Source: Eledone cirrhosa
Taxonomy: Eukaryota
Direction of reading: 5' to 3'
DNA: 64,000 nt
Assembly (NCBI GenBank): GCA_964016885.1
Contig: OZ024741.1
Span: 264,864,001 to 264,928,000 of the forward strand
The first letter of the stretch is position 1; each line of letters opens with the position of its first letter. This document shows positions 12,938-31,334 of this stretch, in pieces. A program made the translations under genes and the position numbers. The notes beneath the pieces were generated by a model, which had not been told where the DNA came from, searched no databases, and worked only from the letters and a program-made list of their open reading frames with translations.

Positions 12938-14649
12938 GATATTAATAAATGGAAACTATATTTATAAAACCTTATTTATTTCATTATACATATTTCAGGG
13001 ATACCACATTAAATTATGGTATGCCTTCATCAGATAAAATACAATATATAACAGTTTTACAAATAGTTTTGACGTACCCTTTTAAAATACAACCATTACT
13101 TTTGGAGGCTGTCTGGATAGTGATTTGTTTACATTGTTTTAATAATTCATAGTGTTAAGCACAATTAGAAAAAGACGGAGAGAAAGAAAAAGAAAAAGAC
13201 GGAGAGAGAGAAAAAACAAAGACAGAGAGAGAAAGAAAGAGAAAGAAAACCTGGAGAAATATCGGAGAGAGAGAGAAATGTATGGAGAAAAGAAAGAGAT
13301 AAATAAAGATAGGAGGAAATAAAAAATAAAAAATGAAAAAGAAAGAAAAGGAAGAAATAAGAAAAACAAATGAAAGCAACAGAAAGATATCAAGTCATCA
13401 TACAGAGAGAAAACCTCAAGAGAGAGAAATATTATATAGAGAGAGGGGGGGGGGGACAATGACAACTTTACGTCATGTCGTATTAAGTTGAGTTAACAAT
13501 TTATATGAAATGAATAATAAAAATATAAGTATCAATATTCATGAATGGGACATAGATATATAATATGAGAAATTAAACATTGTTCAATAATGACTATATG
13601 TTTAGTTTAGAAACTTGAGATCAATATACCAAAATCTGAGTTCAAAATGTACCCTTGCTATAGAGATCAGTATTTTATGCAAAGATATACAAATATATAT
13701 GTATATATATACATAGATACGCACGTCCTGAAAATAGAAATTATGTTTACTCAAGCCAACAATATAGCCATACAAAACGTAAATGATTTCTCTTAATCAC
13801 TGCTATACATTCCTTGTGTTATAAAAACTTCACAGTATATATATACAAATATATACGATTAACATTCAAGTCCTCATATATACGATTACCATTCATGTGG
13901 TTAATATTATGCATATCTCCAACATACCTCTCAATCACATAGATATATACACATACATATATACACATACATATGTATAAATAAATATTTGCGTGCGTCG
14001 TCACGGATCGCTCATGTATATATACAGACATATATAGACACAAAAAAACCTATAAGACTTTTTATGCATGTCAATATACACATATGCATTTGTATAGAGA
14101 TAATCAAATATCAATATATTGCTAAAGGATTATAACTTGTAAATATAATCATAATAATATAAATTTAAAATACCAAAGGAATATATTTTGGAAATGTAAC
14201 TATATCAGTATAGACAAAAGAAATCTAGAAATATCAAAGCATTAAATATCTTTAAAACACTATAGAGTATCTTAAGTTAAAATAATATGTTTTATATATT
14301 TAGTATAGAAATTTATCCTACGTATATCTCAATCAAGATATTGAAAGGGCAGACTTATGAAAGTTATGAGAAGCTATCAAAATCAAAACAAATCAATAAA
14401 AATAATTTAAAAGATTTAAAAAAAACAATGATTCTACAGATAACCTTATATTTAGTATAGAAATTTACCTTACGTATATTTTATTTAATACATTGGAAGT
14501 ATAGACATTTTAGAGTAGTTTATTATATCCTTGTTTATATTTAGGAAGAAAGTTTAAAAAGAAAAAGGTGAAGGAATCTAATGATTTATCGACAGGTTCC
14601 ATATATTAACTAAAATTACTTAATTAATTATACTACATTTTAAATTTAT

Positions 14650-15720
14650 ATTTATATTTAAACGTTGAGTTCAATCTATGTCTGCAGCAACTGAATAAAT
14701 TGTTCCTTAAATTAAGGGAATTTTTGGACTTTAATATAAAGAATATTTCTTCAATACAAAGACCACAATTCTCTGAAGAGGAATTAAAATGAGTAGCTTA
14801 TGAAATAATATTCCAAGTCATCGAATATTTAATATTATCTCGTTTTAGGTCCCATAGTAGGCTAGATAGCGAAGTTGAAGATCTCTTGTTTTGATCTGTG
14901 AAAGAATTCTTATGATTATTGAAGCGAAATTTAAATTCTGTAGAGGTGGAACCAACATAGTTAAATGAATTTAATTTAGTTTTAACATTACAATTGTACA
15001 CTACATTTTTAGCTAATCAGTTGTTATTTAACGGACAGTTAGATTTATTTCTACAGTTACAGTTATTTAATTGAATATTGTTTGGGTTATTATTGGTATT
15101 TTGGTTAGGTTTTAAATTCCTATTATTAATTCTATTAATATTTTGTGCTAAATTTTTGGTGGACGAGTAAGTTAATTTTATAGTGTGTCTATTAAAAATT
15201 GAGTAATATTTATGTGTTCTAGGGAAGCGTGTGTCAAGAGCTTTAAAGAATAGTTTAGCAATAGGGGTTTTAATATTTAGAGAGAAAGGGGGAGCAAACC
15301 ATAATATATTTCTAGTTCTATTTCTTTTTCGGCTTTTGGAATTATTGTAATGTTTTCTATTATAGTTGTTAAAGTTGTTACCGTAATTGAAATTGTTATT
15401 ATTTTGGTTAGTTTGCTTATTATTATTATTATCGATGTATTTAATTTTATTTCTATATCCAGCTCTACCTAACGCTTCGTTGTAATACTGCGCTTTTTCA
15501 TCAAATATATTTTTATTAGATGAAATTCTTGAAATTCGTTCTTGAATAGAGTTCACTATAGTATTTTTAACAGATCTGGGGTGATTAGAGTTAAAGTTGA
15601 CATAATTCAAGTTCTCATTTAGTTTGTGAAATGGATAGTGAAGACATGTATTGAGATTTAGTGTTACATCAAGAAAATTGACTATTCTATGGTTATTCTC
15701 TATTTCTATTTTTCGATTAA
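14650..15720 (-). pseudogene. Penelope-like RT C-terminus plus GIY-YIG endonuclease (disrupted)
   Basis: ORFs 15017-15874 and 14798-15001 contain VNFLDVTL, SNHP, WFAPPFS, CNCRNKSNCPL, VVY..YVGST..FKFRFNNHK. Internal stops. Confidence 0.85.
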
Positions 15721-15781
15721 GGTAATCTGGTTGTATTTTAAAAGGGTACGTCAAAACTATTTGTAAAACTGTTATATATTG

Positions 15782-15846
15782 TATTTTATCTGATGAAGGC
15801 ATACCATAATTTAATGTGGTATCCCTGAAATATGTATAATGAAATA
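15782..15846 (+). ncRNA. Minimal hammerhead ribozyme (family copies at ~12976-13045 -, ~22000-22068 -, ~23042-23107 +, ~24248-24316 -, ~27122-27186 +)
   Basis: tattttat-CTGATGA-aggcataccat..gtggtatccct-GAAA-tatgta-TA-atgaaata; helices I and II pair. Confidence 0.75.
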
Positions 15847-15974
15847 AATATGGTTTTATAAATATAGTTTCCATTTATTAATATCGTATAACTACTCCAA
15901 AAACTTCTCGACTGCTTTATATCAGTTATAAAAATATTTACTTGTTGTATCCCAACAACTTTAAATAAAACTTT

Positions 15975-16056
<82 letters not shown>

Positions 16057-16477
16057 TACACATACATACATACATATAACAAACACATACATACAAATAC
16101 ATATACACGCATATGTATGTGTGTAAAACTCATTCTTAGATGTATTCATATGAACCTTGTTTAACTCTTAACTATATATATATACAGATATATACACACA
16201 CACACATATACATACACATACATATACATACATACATACACACACACAGATATATATATAAGAAAAAACATAAATATTATATATATAAAAAAAGCAATGT
16301 TGTATATATAAAAATAAAAAGTTGGGAATACGACAAATAATAAATAAATAAATAATTAGAAATGGGTATAAATGTTTATAGCTGATTTAGAGCACTCAAC
16401 AAATTCCTGGAGCAAATGATCAATGAAAATAAGCATTAAATCACTGTATGTAATTATGCATATACACACACACATAC

Positions 16478-16539
<62 letters not shown>

Positions 16540-16725
16540 TCAACCATAGAAATACACACACATATATATACACATACATATACGTATATATATACACATA
16601 TAGGAAAAAGTATGACCCCACGGCAGAGCTCAAGCTGTTTTTGAGGCTATTATATATATATACACAAAACCATTATATAAAAATACAGACACACACAAAT
16701 ATACACACACACATTATATATACAC

Positions 16726-16786
<61 letters not shown>

Positions 16787-16791
<5 letters not shown>

Positions 16792-17580
16792 AGTTAATAT
16801 GCCCACAGGTACTAAGTACTCCTGGAAATATATATGTTGTCTATGATACAGGGTTGTTCAATGGTATTAATTTAACATGCCAGAACTATAATATTGAGAT
16901 AAGCAGAACAAGCAAAATTCAAACAATTTTTTAAAATAAATAAAAAAATATAATTTAAATATTTACCTACTCCAGTTGCTTTTACCGATCGGTTTCACTT
17001 CACAAAAGATTGGAAATCCATGGGGACTTCCAATGGAAAAAGTTTAGTTCATCAGAAAGCATTTTCCTTTCCTAGGACTAAAAGTCCCAGGAACGGCAAA
17101 ATATATTGCCATCTGCAGCTAGCACAGGACCGAATGGGCCGAAAATTTGACCTGTACATGAATCAGTCCGTAGCAAAAGCGGAAGTAAACATCTGGTATG
17201 TCAAATTAATACCATTGAACAACCCTGTATCATAGACAACCTATATATTTCCAGGGGTACTTAGTACCTGTGGGCATATTAACTTCTTTTAATATTCTCC
17301 GTTATGTAGAGAACAAATCTGTTGTTCTATTTGGGTGTTATTTTTAGTGGTGAGGTAGACAACACGTCTATGTTTACTTCCGCTTTTGCTACGGACTGGT
17401 TCATGTACAGGTCAAATTTTCGGCCCTATTCGGTCCTGTGCTAGCTGGCAGATGGCAATATATTTTGCCGTTCCTGGGACTTTTAGTCCTAGGAAAGGAA
17501 AATGCTTTCGGATGAACTAAACTTTTCCATTGGAAGTCCCCATGGATTTCCAATCTTTTGTGAAGTGAAACCGATCGGAG
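16787..17580. repeat. Inverted pLTR-like arrangement related to the 2377-3172 family
   Basis: ~16787-16885 is the reverse complement of ~17190-17290, and ~16985-17190 of ~17370-17578. Shares attggaaat and catagacaac blocks with 2377-3172. Confidence 0.8.
16976..17063 (-). ncRNA. Type I hammerhead ribozyme (degenerate mirror copy at ~17500-17580 +)
   Basis: Minus strand reads tgcttt-CTGATGA-act...agt-GAAA-ccgatcgg-TA-aaagca. Confidence 0.8.
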
Positions 17581-17610
17581 TATTGCTTAAAGCTTTCTCT
17601 GTTAATGTAT

Positions 17611-17688
<78 letters not shown>

Positions 17689-17917
17689 CATATACGCAAC
17701 ACACGCACACACAGAAATAAATATCTAAAAATAAGAAAGGTGGGTATGTGAAGGGTAAGGTAGAAAGTAGAGGGGAAAATAAGGAAAATAAATGACATAG
17801 GAAAAGGTTTAAATATAGGGGGAGATAAGGGAGAAAAAGAATATAAGAGTACAGAAAGTGAATTCAGAAGGTAAAAAAACCGTAATGGATGTAAGGCATA
17901 GAGAGCAGAGAAGAAGT

Positions 17918-18940
17918 TCAAGGTGGTTGAGTTATCGTAGGAATGTCAATCCAGTTGCTGATCAGATGTGATTTCAGGTGAGGACAACATCTGAAGATCT
18001 CGGTCTTTGAATTCAGGCAAGTTGAAGTGGCTTTCAAGTTTTGTAAAATCCTTAATTTTTCAGTGGTACACAAACAACAATTCTTTGTTCCCCTTTGGTA
18101 CTCCCTCGAATGGTCTAAAATAGACCAATCGATAGAGTACGGGATGTTTTTATCCTTGAATTCCCACACCTTATTAGCGAGAGCCGTTGCTGTTCTTTTA
18201 TCGGAGTGTTTAAAAGAAGCGACATGTGCATAAAACCTGGTTTTAAACCTGTCCTGAGTCATGCCAACATATCGTTCACTCCTGGCTGGCTGGTTATTAA
18301 TTAAAGGTGTCACTTTGGCCTCATATACAACGGATTTAGTCTTACATTTGCCCTGTAATGGGCATTCATCCGGCTTCCTGCAACTGCATCCTGGATTTAT
18401 TCTCGTACGATTGGAATTAGTGATTTTAGACTTCATTGATGGGCAGCAAGAGTAACTGATTTTAACTACATTTCTATTAAATATCTTATAATATCTATGA
18501 TTAGGAGGAAAATGTTTATCTAAGAGTTCAAGGAATTTCCTTCCTATATTAGTTTTGACAGTTAGAGAGAAGGGGGGGGGGGTGTAAACCAAATAATTTT
18601 CCTTTTCCTATTATTGTGGTTAGTTTTATGGGGGGGGGGGGGGGAATAATTAATTTGTTCTGTAAATCCGCTGTTATTAAGGGCTTTATTATAATAAGGG
18701 GCGGCTTTATTAAAAATGTCTAGAGACGAAGATAAGGTAGAAATCCTACGGCTAATGTTGGGAATAAGATTTTTTAAAACTATAGGGGGATGGCAAGACT
18801 CTTTGTGTATATATCTTAGATTCTCGTTAGGTTTATGATAAGGTTTAAAAGAGGCAGTAAGTAGATCAAGATTAATGTCAAGAAAGTTAGCATTGGTAAG
18901 GTTCGTATCTATAGTAATTTTAAGGTTAAGATTAGCAAAC
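17918..18940 (-). pseudogene. Penelope-like RT C-terminus plus GIY-YIG endonuclease (second family, frameshifted, 5'-truncated)
   Basis: ORF 17918-18592 has CSCRKPDECPL, VVYEA..YVGMT..FKTRFYAH and CCLCTTEK. Upstream frame has NFLDINLDL..ESCHPP. Confidence 0.88.
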
Positions 18941-19079
18941 CTTTATATTTAAACCTTTTCCTATGTCATTTATTTTCCTTATTTCACCCCTATTTTCTAC
19001 TTTACCCTTCACATACCCACCTTTCTTATTTTTAGATATTTATTTCTGTGTGTGTGTGTTGCGTATATGTATATATATG

Positions 19080-19162
<83 letters not shown>

Positions 19163-19899
19163 ATAATAATAAAATTGAAGACTAAAATCCAAAGAGGGCT
19201 CGATAAGGAAAATATATATCAAATATATAAGAACCGAAGAGCAAATATTTATTAAAATAACAGATTAAAGTTTAAGCAAAGAATCGCTGCTTTCACCCTT
19301 AACGGGATCTTCTGAAACTAACAAAGTCAATCTGTAAACGCAGTACTGGATATTTCAAAAAACATTGCAACCGGAGGAAGACAGGAAGACGATACTTTGG
19401 TTCATGGTGACGTTCGCTGGCAAAGAACGGGAAAAAACGAATAATACGTCATTACCAGTAATGCACTGGGTAATTGCTGGCCTTGTGCCTAAAGTAGAAA
19501 CAATTAATAGGAGCGGTGAAAAACAATTACGCGCAAAGACAGAACCACGTTTATGGTATAAAAGAGGTCGTAGACTAATGTTCTCTAAGTGGTGCATAGA
19601 GACGTTCTCTGGCAATGAACGAAAAAACGAAGATAATAAGTCATATGTGGAGCGTGGAGAACAATAGCACGCAAAGACAAAACCACGTAAATGGTATAGC
19701 AGAAGTTGTAGACTAAAATTCTAACTAGGAGACCGAATGAATCTCCGCTACAGAGTTAAGAACAAAGTAAATAAATACAATACTGAAGTAATAGAAACAA
19801 ATAAATACATACGCGCAAACAGATACGTACATACACAAGCATACGCAAAACCTTACCATAGGTATACAAAACCACGCACGTATAAATATGTGTATGTGT

Positions 19900-24123
<4,224 letters not shown>

Positions 24124-24497
24124 AAGTTCTATTTAAAATTGTTGGGATACAACAAGTAAATATTTTTATAGCTGATATAAAGCACTCGACAAGTATTTGG
24201 AGTAGATATACGATATTAATAAATGGAAACTATATTTATAAAACCATATTTATTTCATTATACATATTTCAGGGATACCAAATTAAATTATGGTATGCCT
24301 TCATCAGACAAAATACAATATATAACAGTTTTACAAATAAGCTTTGACGTACCCTATTAAAATGCAACCATTATTTTTGGAAGCCATCCGTATAGTGAGT
24401 TGTTTATATTATTTTAATAAATCATAGTGTTAAGGACAATTAGAAAAAGACGGAGAGAAAGAAAAAAAAGAAAAGACGGAGAGAGAGAAAGAAAAAA

Positions 24498-25500
24498 CGT
24501 GTCTTCATTATCCATTTCACAAACTAAATGAGAACTTGAATTATGTTAATTTTAACTCTAATCACCCCAGATCTGTTAAAAATACTATAGTGAACTCTGT
24601 TCAAGAAAGAATTTCAAGAATTGCATCTAATAACATTATATTTGATGAAAAAGCGCAGTACTACAACGAAGCGCTAGGTAGAGCTGGATATAGAAATAAA
24701 ATTAAATACATTGATAATAATAATAATAAGAAAACTAACCAAAATAATAACAATTTTAATTATGGTAACAACTTTGACAACTATAATAGAAAACATTACA
24801 ATAATTCCAAAAGCCGAAAAAGAAATAGAACTAGAAATATATTATGGTTTGCTCCCCCTTTCTCACTAAATATTAAAACCCCTATTGCTAAACTATTCTT
24901 TAAAGCTCTTGACAAACGCTTCCCTGGAACACATAAATATTACTCAATTTTTAATAGACACACTATAAAATTAACTTACTCGTCCACCAAAAGTTTAGCA
25001 CAAAATATTAATAGAATTAATAATAGAAATTTAAAACCTAACCAAAATACCAATAATAACCCAAGCAATATTCAACTGAATAACTGTAACTGTAGAAATA
25101 AATCTAACTGTCCGTTAAATAACAACTGCTTAGCTAAAAATGTAGTGTACAATTGTAATGTTAAAACTAATTTAAATTCATTTAACTATGTTGGTTCTAC
25201 CTCTACAGAATTTAAATTTCGCTTCAATAATCATAAAAATTATTTCACAGATCCAAACAAAAAATCTTCAACTTCGCTATCTAGCTTACTATGGGACCTA
25301 AAACGAGATAATGTTAAATATTCGATGACTTGGAATATTATTTCATAAGCTACTCCTTTTAATTCCTCTTCAGAAAATTGTGACCTTTGTATTGAAGAAA
25401 TATTCTTTATATTAAAGTCCAAAAATTCCCTTAATTTAAGGAACAATTTATTCAGTTGCTGCAGACATAGATTGAACTCAACGTTTAAATATAAATATAA
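24498..25500 (+). pseudogene. Penelope-like RT C-terminus plus GIY-YIG endonuclease
   Basis: 270-aa ORF with SNHP, WFAPPFS, CNCR..CPL..CL and VVY..YVGST. Premature TAA at 25346-25348. Confidence 0.85.
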
Positions 25501-25734
25501 ATTTAAAATGTGGTATAATTAATTAAGTAATTTAGTTAATATATGAAACCTGTCGATAAATCATTAGATTCCTTCACCTTTTTCTTTTTAAACTTTCTTC
25601 CTAAATATAAACATAGATATAATAAACTACTCTAAAATGTCTATACTTCCAATGTCTTAAATAAAATATACGTAAGATAAATTTTTATACTAAATATAAG
25701 GATATCTGTAGAATCCTTGTGTTTTTTAAATCTC

Positions 25735-26025
25735 TTAAATTTTTAAATTTTTTAATTTTTAAAAAATTTTTAAAAATTTTTAAATTTTTAAATTTTTAAA
25801 TTTTTAAATTTTTAAATTTTTAAATTTTTAAATTTTTAAATTTTTAAATTTTTAAATTATATTGATATAATATTTATTAAACTTTTATTTTTATTTTTAT
25901 TTTTATTTTTATTTTTATTTTTATTTTTATTTTTATTTTTATTTTTATTTTTATTTTTATTTTTATTTTTATTTTTATTTTTATTTTTATTTTTATTTTT
26001 ATTTTTATTTTTATTTATTTTTATT
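25735..26025. repeat. (AAATTTTT)n and (TTTTTA)n tandem arrays
   Basis: 8-bp array at ~25735-25857 and 6-bp array at ~25883-26025, read directly. Confidence 0.9.
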
Positions 26026-26716
26026 AGTATTATTTTGATTCTGATAGCTTCTCATAATTTTCATAAGTCTACCCTTTCAATATCTAGATTGAAATATACG
26101 TAGGATAAATTTCTATACTAAATATATGAAACATTATTTTAACTTAAGATACTCTATAGTGTTTTAAACATATTTAATGCTTTGATATTTCTAGAATTCG
26201 TTTGTCCTTTTGATAATTGTATTTCCAAAATATAATCCTTTGGTATTTTAAATTTATATTGTTATAATTATATTTCCAAAGTATAATCCTTAGTAATATA
26301 TTGATATTTGATTATCTCTATACAAATGTGTATGTGTGTATTAACATGCATATAAAAGTGTTATAGGTTTTTTATGATTGTATATATGTCTGTATGTATA
26401 CATGAGCGATGTGTGAAGACGCACGCAAATATTTATTTATTTATACATATATATGTTATATATATATGTGTATATCTAGGAGATATGTTGCTTAACCACG
26501 CAGTTTTGATTGCAGATATGCATAATTTTAACAGAATGTTAAATGCATGAATGGTAATCGTATATATGAAGACACGAATGTTAATCGTATATATTTATGT
26601 ATATATACTGTGAACTTTTTTATAACACAAGGAATGTATAGCAGTGATTAAGAGAAATCATCTACGTTTTGTATGTCTATATTGTTGACTTGAGTAAATA
26701 TATTTTCAGGACGTGC

Positions 26717-26790
<74 letters not shown>

Positions 26791-27315
26791 GTGTCTTTGC
26801 CTAAGATACTGATTTCTTTAGCATTTTGGTTGATTAAACCCAAATTTTGGTATATTGATCTCAAGTTTTAAACTAAATATGTAGTCATTATTGAACAATG
26901 TTTAATTTCTCATATTATATATTTATGTCCCATTCATGAATATTGATACTTATATTTTTATTATTCATTTCATATAAATCCTTTAAAATTTATAATGGTA
27001 TTATAATGAAATAGTATGGTAGAATATTAAATGTTAAGATAGATATCCGGGAGCTTCCAACAGTAATGGTTGCATTCTTTAAGGGTATGTCAATATTTAT
27101 TTATAAAACCGATCTATATTATATTTTATCTGATGAAAGCACACCATAATTTAACTTGGTGTCCTTGAAATATGTATAATGAAATAAATATGGTTTTATA
27201 AATATAGTTTCCATTTGTTAATATCGTATTTTTACTCCAAATATTTGTTGAGTGCTTTATATCAGTTATAAAAATATTTGTTTGTTGTATCCCAACAATT
27301 TAAATAGAACTTTTC

Positions 27316-27349
<34 letters not shown>

Positions 27350-27432
27350 CACCACCACCCCACTCTCAAGAGCTTGAAATTAATAAACATTCGTTTAACT
27401 GCCTCTCTGTTTTGTTCCTGTTCAAACTTTCC

Positions 27433-27506
<74 letters not shown>

Positions 27507-27780
27507 GTAGAAAAGTGACACACGAGTTGATATATATAAAAAAAATAGAAAATAGGAAAAAATTCACCAGAAAATGCTAGTATAATATCAAAACATATAT
27601 TTATAAAATGGGTATTTCCGCATTCAATAGTGGTACCGGTTTCAACATTATATGTTTTTTCAACGACGGATGTGCAAAGTGCAGTTAAGTTACATATTTA
27701 TACGAATAATAATAAAATGGAGAAGAAAAATTATTAGTTTTTACATACATATATATACATATATATACATATATATTATC

Positions 27781-27812
<32 letters not shown>

Positions 27813-27953
27813 TACCCCTCCACACACACCTACCACCCGCCACCCTACCCCTCCAACGAACCATCCTACGCTTCTTCCGACGCCTCCAGTCTCATACAAA
27901 CTTATAAACACACACACAAACATATATATAAACACACACATATTTATAAATAA

Positions 27954-28014
<61 letters not shown>

Positions 28015-28021
28015 TACAAAT

Positions 28022-28105
28022 ACAGTGTCTTGCTCAAGGACAACGCGCCGCCGGGAATCGAACTCACGACCTTACGATTGTGAGTTATATACCCTAACCA
28101 TGAGC
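28022..28105 (-). mobile_element. tRNA-derived SINE 5' portion
   Basis: Minus strand: gctcatggttagg (A-box-like)...gtgagttcgattccc (B-box)...gtccttgagcaagacactg (conserved SINE core-like motif). Confidence 0.7.
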
Positions 28106-28169
28106 TTTCACACACATAAATACATATATAAACACACACACACATACAAACATATAAACACACGCATAT

Positions 28170-28782
28170 ACTTACTCTCTCTCACAATTCCACCTCTCTC
28201 ACTAGACCACAAATTCTCTCCTCCCTCTCTATATTCCATTACATACCTCACACACTTTCCCTCTTCTAATTCCTCCTCATTCACTAGGCCAATACAATCT
28301 CACCCCTCTCTATAACCCACTACACACCTCACTCTCTATCACAATTCCCCCTCTCTCACTAGACCACCAAATTATCTTCCCCTCTCTACATTTTACTACA
28401 TACCTCACTCTCTTTTACTCTCTTAATTCCCCTCTCTCACTGAACCAACATTCTCTCCCGCTCTCTATATTCCACAACATACCTCACCCTCTCTCACAAT
28501 TCCTCCTCTCTCACTAAACCAACCCCCCCCCTCTCGCTATATTCCACTACATATCTCACTCTTTCTCACTCTCACAATACCCTTTCACTAAACCAACAAA
28601 TTCTCTTCCGCTCTCTATATCCGACTACATACATCAGTCTTTCTCTCAAACACACACATACACACACACACACAGAGAGCACCTCCTCCCTCACTAAACC
28701 AACAAATTCTCTCTAGCTCTCTATATCACACTACATCTCTCACCCTCTCGCTCTCTATATCACACTACATAACTCACTCTCT
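28170..28782. repeat. Degenerate ~60-bp C/T-rich minisatellite
   Basis: Recurring unit ctctctcacta(g/a)acca..aattctc...ctctctatattccactacatacctcac. Confidence 0.75.
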
Positions 28783-28789
28783 ATTGTTG

Positions 28790-28995
28790 CATCTTGATAC
28801 CATACCATACCTGCATGTACATCGTTTATGTACATTTTGTTGTTATTCCCTGTTCCTGGGATACAGAAGCATGCACTTCAAAGTGAGAGCGAATACACCA
28901 ATCGTTGGTCCAAGATGGACGACTTTGATTGTGTGTTATTGACATGGTGAAGGTTTCTAGCAACATAGCCATGCATGACCTTCAGCTGAGAAGTA
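28790..28995 (-). pseudogene. Fragment of an R4/Dong-like ORF related to 31726-32391
   Basis: Minus-strand translation gives MHGYVARNL...QEQ.ITTK, matching MHGYVARKL...QEQEINMK. Confidence 0.6.
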
Positions 28996-29139
28996 GAAAA
29001 CGTTTTATCAGTTTTATATATATATATAACGAAGGGTATAAGTAAGAGGTTATTAAATTGATTAACACGGTTATTAGATGAAATTACGATAATAATAAGA
29101 ATAAATTATAACAGAACAGAGCTGTCCCTTTTATATGGT

Positions 29140-30620
29140 ACCTGGACAGAAGTGACAAAGAAGGCAACCACAACGGGATGTAACTCCAGCTACTTCCTGT
29201 CAAGAGAACGTTACTCTACTGGTGATGTGATCGTCACAACAAGGGAGGCAACTCTTGCTACAAAATGATTTGGTTTATATATGGTTTACTTCACGTGAAT
29301 TAATTAAAAAGTACAATAAAACAGTTACCAAAAGTTGAGAAGGTTGACGTTGTCGTCGTGAGTCTGAGACTATAGTAAAAGAGAGAGAGTAATGGTTTGT
29401 ATACCTCTGAATGGTCTGTAGTAGTTGGTTGATGTTGTCGTCGTACTTTAGGAGATTAGTATCGGTGTACATATATGCACTATCAGAAATGATAATAAAT
29501 GCCGGTGTGTGTTTTACTTCACAGAAGTCAAATGGATTAATATAAATAAATGGTTACCCGTTGGTCAAAACTCCTAGGCTGAAGTGTGTGGAGAAGAACA
29601 GAGATCTTCTCTTGGGGGTGTTAACATCTTCTTAGGCTGCCGGTGGCATTCTTCTTGAGTGGCGAAGGAAATGAGGGAGGAATTCTTCTTCTTGATGGCG
29701 AAGGAAATGAGAGAGGAGTCATCTCATGACAAGATCGCAGGTGTTGTTAACACTTTGGGATTCAGGAGGCGAGAGAGTGAGATCGCCCTGACCTGTCCCT
29801 TTTATAGGGTCTCCGGACGGAAGTGACAAAAAGGGTTCTGCCACCCCAACGGGAAGTAACTCCAGCTACTTCCTGTCTAGAGAGTGGTGATGTGATTGTC
29901 ATAACAAGGGAGGCAACTCTTGCTACATTATCCCCCGCCAGATTTTTAAAATATAAAAATCGAATGAAACATGTATGGAGTAAGATGGCGAGCATGTTAC
30001 AGGCATGAAAATTACGAAAAAAAATAGTGTTTGCAATAAAAGGAAAACAGCAAAATATATGCATGCAAAAATCAATGATAGATATCAAGGTAGCCAACCG
30101 CTCTTGGCCAGAGAACTATCTATCCATCACTCAAAGATACAACGTTGTCGTCGTGAGTCTGAGACCATAGTGAGAAGGAGAGAGTAATGGTTTGTATACC
30201 TCTGAATGGTCTGTAGTAGTTGGTTGACGTTGTCGTCGTGAGTCTGAGACTATAGTGAGTGAGAGAGAGAGTAATGGTTTATATACCTCTGAATGGTCTG
30301 TAATAGCTGGTTGAATCTTTATATAGCTTGTTGTGTATCGTAGTGCTCCGATGTCTCTGTGTTTCTGTAGATCTCAAGGGCCTGAAGGTAGCGGTGAAAC
30401 TTTACATAGTTTGTTGCTAGCGTAATGCTCCGATCTTTCTGTTCAAGGTGGGAAAATATAGGCTTTATATACCTGTCGCTTTTTGCCTCCCACCTTTAGG
30501 GGATAGCCCACGTATCAACCTGTTCACACCAAAAGGGTGGTGACCTAGAATTTGACCTTTAGGTGTCACCCAAGGTTCAAGGCATGGACAGATGTCGCTA
30601 CATTAGTTCCCTACCCAGAT
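29140..30620 (-). mobile_element. Nested LTR-retrotransposon remnants related to 6852-8951
   Basis: Minus strand has aaaatctggcgggggataa-TGTAGCAAG at ~29926, versus aaaattctggcgggaggtta-TGTAGCGG at 8585. 30060-30130 is homologous to ~8400-8480. Further LTR starts at ~29261 and ~30602. Confidence 0.7.
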
Positions 30621-31080
30621 CGATGCAGGAGCAGCGATCAATTATAAAAGGGGTAACGAAATCTGATTCGTAGAAGCATGTCCCAAAACACACAAAATGT
30701 GGGTACTGCGCCCGCACTTCGAGTGTAGAAAAATTTGGAGAGAGAAAAAAAAAAAATATCGTATAACTGTGTATGTGTGTGTGTAACATTTAGAAGAAAC
30801 TGTAAATATACAAAGTTGTGATCATGCATTTCGAACTGTTGTGTATGAATGGATGAACGTTGGGGTTACAGTATCGGATTACGATATGATAACACAGAGG
30901 ACTATTTCTCTCGATGTATCATCATACGTAAGATTCTTTTCCGGTGAGTCGAGGTTTACGCTATGACATGAGTGTGTGCAATTTTGAGTTGCGTGCTTAG
31001 TCAGTCGAGCGAAGTAATTCCGGGTTGAATCAGGGGTAACCACAGTAAGGTAATCAATACATAGCAGAGTATAAATGTTT

Positions 31081-31198
31081 TAATATAGAAAAGCTTCTAC
31101 AGGACTAGAACTGTTTCATTCGTGAGAAATCATCAGGAGCTTCCTGATGATTTCTCACGAATGAAACAGTTCTAGTCCTGTAGAAGCTTTTCGATATT
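31081..31198. repeat. ~118-bp palindrome with back-to-back hammerhead-like cores
   Basis: ...gaaatcatcagga-gct-tcCTGATGAtttctcacgaatGAAAcagttctaGTC... Confidence 0.7.
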
Positions 31199-31246
31199 AA
31201 TATATATATATATATTTATATATATATATATGTGTGTGTGTATATA

Positions 31247-31278
<32 letters not shown>

Positions 31279-31334
31279 GGTGTGTGTGTGTGTGTGTGTG
31301 TATGCATGTGTGTATATATGTATGTGTGTATGTA

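Larger units (their letters stand above)
12938..15980 (-). mobile_element. 5'-truncated Penelope-like element with a sense 3' pLTR and an inverted 5' pLTR
   Basis: RT-thumb/GIY-YIG remnant at ~14650-15720 with a long AT-rich 3' region. Hammerhead on minus at ~12976-13045 and on plus at ~15782-15846. Confidence 0.8.

Noticed and set aside
15722-15874. N-terminus of the 285-aa ORF as real protein
   Set aside because: It is a chance read-through from the inverted pLTR into the truncated RT.
28030-28105. tRNA gene
   Set aside because: No complete cloverleaf; it continues into a SINE core motif.
28170-28782. CRISPR-like array
   Set aside because: Eukaryotic context; degenerate tandem units with no unique spacers.
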